This document shows, piece after piece, positions 58,056-64,000 of a stretch of DNA of 64,000 nt; the first letter of the stretch is position 1; every line of letters starts with the position of its first letter. The notes beneath the pieces are model-generated. The model ran no database searches and was not told the DNA's origin. It worked only from the letters and a program-made list of their open reading frames with translations. The stretch lies in contig KV454014.1 in assembly GCA_001661245.1 (NCBI GenBank), positions 289,559-353,558 of the forward strand, in the 5' to 3' direction. Source of the DNA: Pachysolen tannophilus NRRL Y-2460 (Eukaryota). The translations under genes were made by a program, and so were the position numbers.

Positions 58056-60785
58056 ATGAGTAGACGAGGTAATGATGAGGGGCACCTGATTAGGTTGCCT
58101 GGGTCTTTGCTTGATCAAATCAGAGAAAAAGAGGAAAAAGGTGATTATGGTACGGATAAAAGATATGATAGTTTAAATAATAATAAGAAAAGAAAGATAG
58201 TGAAGAAAGAGTTGAGTAGAAAGGATAGGAGGAAGAAAGAGAGGCAAGAGACAAAATTGAAAAAAAAAGTTCCTTTGAAAACTAATCATAAAAGTGGTGG
58301 CAGTATAGAATTTGGTAAAGTATCGAGGAAAGATATATCTGATGATGAAGAAATAAGTGATAATAATGTTACTGATACTTGGGAAGCTTTGAAAGCACTG
58401 AAATCTAAGAAACAACAGGAAATTAATGAGGAGGAGGAGGAGGAGGTTTCAGAATTGGAAGCTGAGTTTGATGGGTTTTCAGATGAGGAAGATATAGAGG
58501 ATGAAGTAAATCATACCTCTGTTGAGGAAACCATGGCTGCTTTACAAGCTCTCAAAAACAAAAAAAATAAAATTCCAATACAACAGAAACAAGTAAATAA
58601 AGTAAATTCAAAGAAAGGAAGTAAGAATCACGCACAAGTGGATCAAATGACAAAAGAGTTATTGAAAAAAGATGAAGAAGAAATTGATTATTTTGCTAAA
58701 AAACTTGGGTTGAAAAAAGGTCAAAAATTGAATAAGGAAAATGATGAATTGGATTATTTATTAGAAGGTTTAGATTCTGATCTTGATCATAATTCAATAG
58801 AATCCGATGATGAAGAGAAACAGGGAAAAGTAGAATTACCTTGGTCCTCCGATGATGAAATATCTGATTTTGATGAAATAGGCGAAGATGAAGAAGAAAG
58901 TGATTCATATTTGAACTCTGATAATGAAAATTCTTCCAATGAACCAAAACAGAAACCAAATCCATATATTCCAGCAAATAGTAATAATAATGGTTCTGGG
59001 AAAGCTGTTGAACTGAAAGAAAAATATGTTCCTCCTTATTTACGTAAACAATTAGAATTGCAAAACTCTCAGGAATCTCAAGAAGTTTTGAATTTAAAGT
59101 TGCAAATAAGAGGTCCTTTAAATAGATTAACTGAAGCAAATATGCAATCCACAGTTAGTATTATAAATCAATTATATGATTCTAACCCAAGGAAAATTGT
59201 CAATGAAGTATTAGTTGAACTTATCTTATTAAATGTATTACACCAGGATAAGAGAACAGATGTGTTTATTTTAAGTTATGCTTGTTTAATCAATTCTGTA
59301 TATAGATTACAAGGTGTTGAATTTGGTGCTTATTTTATTCAAGAATTGATAATGAAGTTACAGGATTTTGAAAATAATCCTGATAAGATGAAAAATAAAG
59401 AATTGGTGAATTTAATCTCAATATTAGGTTATTGTTATATTTTTGGTTTGATAAGTTGTAAAATATTATACGATGTGATTAAACAAAAATTAATTTCATC
59501 ATCAACTGATATTACTGAGCTAAAAATTGAAATGTTATTACAATTAATCAAAATTAGTGGTTCTCAAATGAGGTCTGATGATCCATCCTCGTTGAAGGAT
59601 ATTATATTAAATTTAACCAGAAAAATTAATGATCAAGAAAAGGAAAAAGGTGAAAAATCGAATTCAAGAACCCGTTACTTGATCAATGTAATATCTGATT
59701 TAAGAAATAATAAATTGAAAAGTGGTAATGATATCAATGGAAATACATCACAGATGATAATTAGAATGAAGAAATTTCTTGGATCTATAAATCACAACAA
59801 GTTTCATGATCCAATACAAGTTTCATTAGACGATATCGAAAATATTGAGCAAAAGGGTAAATGGTGGTTAGTTGGATCTTCATGGAAGGGCAATACTGTC
59901 AACGAGAATACGGGAGATGTTATTAAAGACAGTGTTGTTGAAGTTAATGAAGATGTGATGAATGATATATTGGACTCTGCTGAACCAAATTGGTTAGAAT
60001 TAGCTAAAGCTCAAAGAATGAATACTGATATTAGAAGAGCAATTTTCATAAGTATAATGTCAGCTAGTGATTTTGCTGATGCTTTTGAAAAGTTAAATAA
60101 GTTACAATTGAAAAGACAACAAGAAAGAGAAATTCCAAAAATTTTAACACATTGTGTATCAATTGAAAAAACTTATAACCCATATTATGCATTTTTAGCT
60201 AAGAAATTATGTGGAAGTCATAGCATGAGAAAGACATTTCAATTCAACTTATGGGACTTGATTAAAGAACTTGAAGGCAATGAAGATAATGAAGGTCACG
60301 AACATGATTTACTACTCAAATTGGATAGAGGAGCAAAGGAAGATAACGAAGAATTAACATTACAAAAAATATTGAATCTTGGTAGATTATATGGTGTTTT
60401 AATTGCTGAAGGTTCTCTTCCATTAAATATCTTGAGAGTAGTTGATTTTTTAACATCATCTCTGGATACAATAATCTTTGTTGAAATTTTATTGGTTACT
60501 TTTTTGAATCAAGTGGCCAAGAAATCAGAAATTTCTCTGTTTGGTGCTGGTAAAAGCAATCTGAACAAAAAGGGAGATCTAGAAGATTTAAGATTTGAAG
60601 ATAATTTGATCATTGAAAAAATTCTGAGTTGTAAAGAAGAACCATTATTATTGAAAAGTTTACAATATTTTTTACAAGATAAAATAAAGTTGAGTGATTT
60701 TATCAAGAATAAACGAGAAAGGAAAAGGATTGAATGGGCTTGTGATTCTATTTGTGAAGTTATTGACGAGTTTTTAAAAGCATAA
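58056..60785 (+). CDS. SGD1: Nucleolar MIF4G/MA3 protein (NOM1 homologue)
   Basis: KYVPPYLR, LNRLTEAN, KGKWWLVGSSW, QRMNTDIRRAIF, YNPYY. Confidence 0.93.
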   Translation: MSRRGNDEGHLIRLPGSLLDQIREKEEKGDYGTDKRYDSLNNNKKRKIVKKELSRKDRRKKERQETKLKKKVPLKTNHKSGGSIEFGKVSRKDISDDEEISDNNVTDTWEALKALKSKKQQEINEEEEEEVSELEAEFDGFSDEEDIEDEVNHTSVEETMAALQALKNKKNKIPIQQKQVNKVNSKKGSKNHAQVDQMTKELLKKDEEEIDYFAKKLGLKKGQKLNKENDELDYLLEGLDSDLDHNSIESDDEEKQGKVELPWSSDDEISDFDEIGEDEEESDSYLNSDNENSSNEPKQKPNPYIPANSNNNGSGKAVELKEKYVPPYLRKQLELQNSQESQEVLNLKLQIRGPLNRLTEANMQSTVSIINQLYDSNPRKIVNEVLVELILLNVLHQDKRTDVFILSYACLINSVYRLQGVEFGAYFIQELIMKLQDFENNPDKMKNKELVNLISILGYCYIFGLISCKILYDVIKQKLISSSTDITELKIEMLLQLIKISGSQMRSDDPSSLKDIILNLTRKINDQEKEKGEKSNSRTRYLINVISDLRNNKLKSGNDINGNTSQMIIRMKKFLGSINHNKFHDPIQVSLDDIENIEQKGKWWLVGSSWKGNTVNENTGDVIKDSVVEVNEDVMNDILDSAEPNWLELAKAQRMNTDIRRAIFISIMSASDFADAFEKLNKLQLKRQQEREIPKILTHCVSIEKTYNPYYAFLAKKLCGSHSMRKTFQFNLWDLIKELEGNEDNEGHEHDLLLKLDRGAKEDNEELTLQKILNLGRLYGVLIAEGSLPLNILRVVDFLTSSLDTIIFVEILLVTFLNQVAKKSEISLFGAGKSNLNKKGDLEDLRFEDNLIIEKILSCKEEPLLLKSLQYFLQDKIKLSDFIKNKRERKRIEWACDSICEVIDEFLKA

Positions 60786-61011
60786 AAGAATCTTTTTACT
60801 TCATGTAAATTAGATTAAATTAGATTAGATTAGATTAATTATTATTATTATTATTTTTTTTGTTTTCCTTTTTTTATATGTAATTTTGTAAAACCAAATG
60901 CATACATCTCTCTATAAATGAATTAAAAGCAATTAAAAAAACAGAAATAAAAAAAAAATGAGAAATGAGAAATGTGAAATAAGAAATGAAAATAATGAAA
61001 AAAAAGTGTAA

Positions 61012-62358
61012 TCACCAAAATTTCCAACCATGAAGTTTTTCAACTCCAACGTAATCTTCGATTTCATCTCTGCTTTTAAGATTTATAAAATTTTCAACAT
61101 TTGAGAATTTTTTAATTTCTTCATCATTACTTGGAGTTAACATTCCTACACCTTTACCACCTAAAGTTGTTTGAAAAGTTTCAAAACCTTCTTTTGTCAA
61201 ATCTTCAATTAATCTAGTCATTTTCAATTTATCAACGTCATCATTCAATAACGTAATGGCACATCCACCACCACCTGCACCTGTTAATTTTGTCGCTCCA
61301 ACTTCCAATTCATCTGTCAAGAGTTTAACTTTATCCAAAGCAGGATGACTAACACCTAAAGAAATCAATAAACCTTGATTTATTCTAATTAATTCTCTTA
61401 AATTTTCCTTTGATTCTTCATTGAATGGTTTAATCATAATACTATATGCTTCACGTGTAACGTGTTCAATACTATCTAATATAGAATTGATCAGATTTGG
61501 GTATTCTTGAGTTAATCTTGAAACATTACCAACAAGTACAGCAGTTCTTCTTGGAATTTTTGTATTAGTTAAAAGTAAATTTAAAGATGGGAAATTTCTC
61601 ATTGAAGTTCTTACACTTGGTAATGATCCACCTTTCCTTTGAAACATTACTGCACCTCCATGGGAAGCACAAGCATTATCAATTCCTGAAGGAGTACCAT
61701 GAGTACATTTTTCACCCATTAATGACCATGAATCAATAAATTGACAATCTGAATTTTCTCCTGGGTTTAATTCATCTTTTGATAAAATTGCAGGGTTAAC
61801 ATGTCCTCCAATCAATGCTAAAGCAGATGAAATACAAACTATAATTGAAGCAGAAGAACCTAAACCTGCACCAATTGGTAAAGTAGATCTAACACAAAAA
61901 GTTAAACCTTTTGTATCTTCAAAACATAAATTTAAATAAAGATATAAAAAAGCATGCAGAGCAGAATAATGAGCAGTTGATTTAATATCAACAAGACATT
62001 TAGCCAACCCATCAACCAATTCAGGAGATATCTCACCTGTTGGACAAGGTCTTTCTTTACCAATAGAAGAGGTACCGCCAACACCAATATTATTAGAATC
62101 ATTATTATTATTAACACCAGTATTAACACCACGAACCAAGTACCAGGGCAAATCTGACCGCTTCCAAGAGTGCTTAAAATCTATATCAGGGAACTCCAAC
62201 GAAACAAAATCCTCATTCTCACTCAGAGAAACCAACAAGTACGTCCTCAAAGACAAAGCAGCTGCAATAGCAGGCTTATTATAAACAGCAGCATGTTCAC
62301 CAAAGATAATAACTTTACCTGGAGCAGATGTCAAAAACGGAGTCTGAATAAATACCAT
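61012..62358 (-). CDS. ERG12: Mevalonate kinase
   Basis: SAPGKVIIFGEHAAVY, LPIGAGLGSSA, HGTPSGIDN, KLTGAGGGG. Confidence 0.97.
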   Translation of the reverse strand: MVFIQTPFLTSAPGKVIIFGEHAAVYNKPAIAAALSLRTYLLVSLSENEDFVSLEFPDIDFKHSWKRSDLPWYLVRGVNTGVNNNNDSNNIGVGGTSSIGKERPCPTGEISPELVDGLAKCLVDIKSTAHYSALHAFLYLYLNLCFEDTKGLTFCVRSTLPIGAGLGSSASIIVCISSALALIGGHVNPAILSKDELNPGENSDCQFIDSWSLMGEKCTHGTPSGIDNACASHGGAVMFQRKGGSLPSVRTSMRNFPSLNLLLTNTKIPRRTAVLVGNVSRLTQEYPNLINSILDSIEHVTREAYSIMIKPFNEESKENLRELIRINQGLLISLGVSHPALDKVKLLTDELEVGATKLTGAGGGGCAITLLNDDVDKLKMTRLIEDLTKEGFETFQTTLGGKGVGMLTPSNDEEIKKFSNVENFINLKSRDEIEDYVGVEKLHGWKFW

Positions 62359-63136
62359 GACAAAAAAACTTTTCCTTTCTCTTTCTCTATATATATATAA
62401 AACAAACCAAATGATTACAAAACTTTTCTTCCTCTTTTTTTTTGTTTCTTCTCTTCTAAACTTTCACCGTTCTATTCTCTAACTTTTTTTTTTTATATTT
62501 TTTTTACTTTTTTTTTGTTTTTAAAGATTTAATAATAATAATAAAAAAAAAAAAAAAAAATTCAAAAACTAGTTAAATTGCTAATCAATATGAATAGTTC
62601 ATCTAGATATCTAGCCCTTTTTCTTTTATATATATATATGTAGATATAGATATACCAATAAGCGAGTGTTGATTGGAAACTAATGAAATATCGTTTTGAT
62701 CTAATTATTATTTAAATAAATAAATTATAATTGACCCCCTTTGTTCTCTCTCGTTCATCACTAAAAACGAGATTCGCACATCAACATATATATAAAAGAA
62801 AGTAGTGACTGAGAACACAACAAAACTGAATATGGAAACATAATATGTTATTACACGACTATTACTTAAATGTTTTATAAAGTAGTGCATTAGACACACA
62901 AGAGTCCCAATCCAAATATTTGGGTTTGTAAAACACTACTTTAATAGTTTTTTTTAAAAGAGTAGTGTTTATAAAACACAAATAACTTGATTCAGTAGTT
63001 TGTGCTCTAACGACACGTCTTTTGTTTTTGCTAACAAAAATTTTTTTTTTTCGCGAATTTTTTTAAATTTTTTAAATTTTTTTTTTTTTTCTGTTTTTCC
63101 ACTCTAGTGCAAGGGCCTTGCTCTCTTTTACTATAT

Positions 63137-63178
63137 AAAATTTTTCACTCTCTGGGGCAGAGAATAAGAAGAGATGAG
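63137..63178. promoter_or_regulatory. RRPE (AAAATTTTTCA, 63137-63147) and PAC core (GATGAG, 63173-63178) upstream of YTM1
   Basis: Canonical ribosome-biogenesis motif pair 60-100 bp upstream of the ATG. Confidence 0.7.
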
Positions 63179-63237
63179 GTATTAAAATAGTAAAATCGTA
63201 AAATAGATTCAAAGTTGATAGAATTTATGAATGGAAT

Positions 63238-64000
63238 ATGTCTGAAAAGTCTTTGGATAAGTCACAGATAAAAATCCGGTTTTTTACTCGAGATGAGGAT
63301 GAGACGTTACGAGTTTCTGAGAATCCATTATTTGTACCAGTTTCATTAAAGAGATTTGGGTTATCAGAAGTTGTTAATCATTTATTGGGGAATGATTTAA
63401 AACAAATTCCATTTGATTTTTTAATAGAAGGAGATTTATTGAAAAGTTCAATAGAAGAGTATTTGACGGTGAAAGGTCTTTCTTCAGAAACTTTTTTATC
63501 TTTGGAATATACTAGGTCAGTATTACCTCCATCATTTTTAGGTTCTTTTAGTAATGAAGATTGGGTTTCTTCAATAGATTTATTACCAACTATGGAAACT
63601 GTGAATAAAATTTCAAGTGCAGCAAAAATTGTATCAGGATCTTATGATGGTATTGTAAGGCTTTATAATTTAAGTGGTCATGTTGAAAAACAATTTGTTG
63701 GTCATTCAGGTCAGATTAAAGCAGTAAAATTTATTTCTCCTACAAGAATTTTAAGTGCTGGTAATGATAGACAAATTAGATTATGGAAATCTAAATTGAG
63801 TGGTAATACTCATAACCACTTGCAAAAAGAAAATTTAAATTTAGAATTAGAATTAGAAGAAGAAGAAGATGAAGAAAATATTGAAGATGGAACTACTTTG
63901 GCTATATTAGAAGGTCATAAAGCACCTGTTGTTTCATTAGATGTTAATTCAAAAACAAATAGAATATTATCTGCAAGTTATGATAAGGCAATTGGTGTGT
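63238..64000 (+). CDS. YTM1: Ribosome biogenesis WD40 protein (NLE domain), 3' partial; absent from the ORF track
   Basis: MSEKSLDKSQIKIRFFTRDED...LKRFGLSEVVNHLL...PFDFLIEG...EDWVSS...SGSYDG...GHKAPV; reading frame open to the window end. Confidence 0.93.
   Translation, partial: MSEKSLDKSQIKIRFFTRDEDETLRVSENPLFVPVSLKRFGLSEVVNHLLGNDLKQIPFDFLIEGDLLKSSIEEYLTVKGLSSETFLSLEYTRSVLPPSFLGSFSNEDWVSSIDLLPTMETVNKISSAAKIVSGSYDGIVRLYNLSGHVEKQFVGHSGQIKAVKFISPTRILSAGNDRQIRLWKSKLSGNTHNHLQKENLNLELELEEEEDEENIEDGTTLAILEGHKAPVVSLDVNSKTNRILSASYDKAIGV

Noticed and set aside
1..64000. tRNA genes, in particular the tRNA-CAG responsible for the code change
   Set aside because: No intergenic GGTTCRA T-loop with a cloverleaf was found by eye; tRNAscan-SE would be decisive

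Overview
AT-rich, gene-dense chromosomal segment of a budding yeast (Saccharomycotina). It holds about 24 housekeeping genes: CTF18, SEC14, BUD2, NAM7/UPF1, ISF1/MBR1-like, a WSC sensor, YPF1-like signal peptide peptidase, ADH3, VPS75, RPA49, KGD1, FSF1, a DAO-family FAD oxidoreductase, NCR1, YFH1, SED5, SNF7, RPO41, MOB2, APC1, BDH1, PSD1, SGD1, ERG12, and a partial YTM1. There is one assembly gap and no tRNA, rRNA, CRISPR array or transposase that I can support. The strongest signal is the genetic code: in-frame CTG codons repeatedly sit where homologues, as I recall them, have Ala, which points to a CUG-Ala yeast (Pachysolen tannophilus-like, translation table 26), so the supplied ORF translations are probably wrong at CTG. 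Other observations: three -1 frame breaks in A-runs (CTF18 twice, BUD2 once), a three-intron SEC14 with a 14-nt micro-exon, a 63-codon ORF with a presequence-like N-terminus overlapping the end of KGD1, and several nested palindromic intergenic elements, including a 277-bp symmetric array of Mcm1-like sites between PSD1 and SGD1. All homologue comparisons are from memory; no searches were run.
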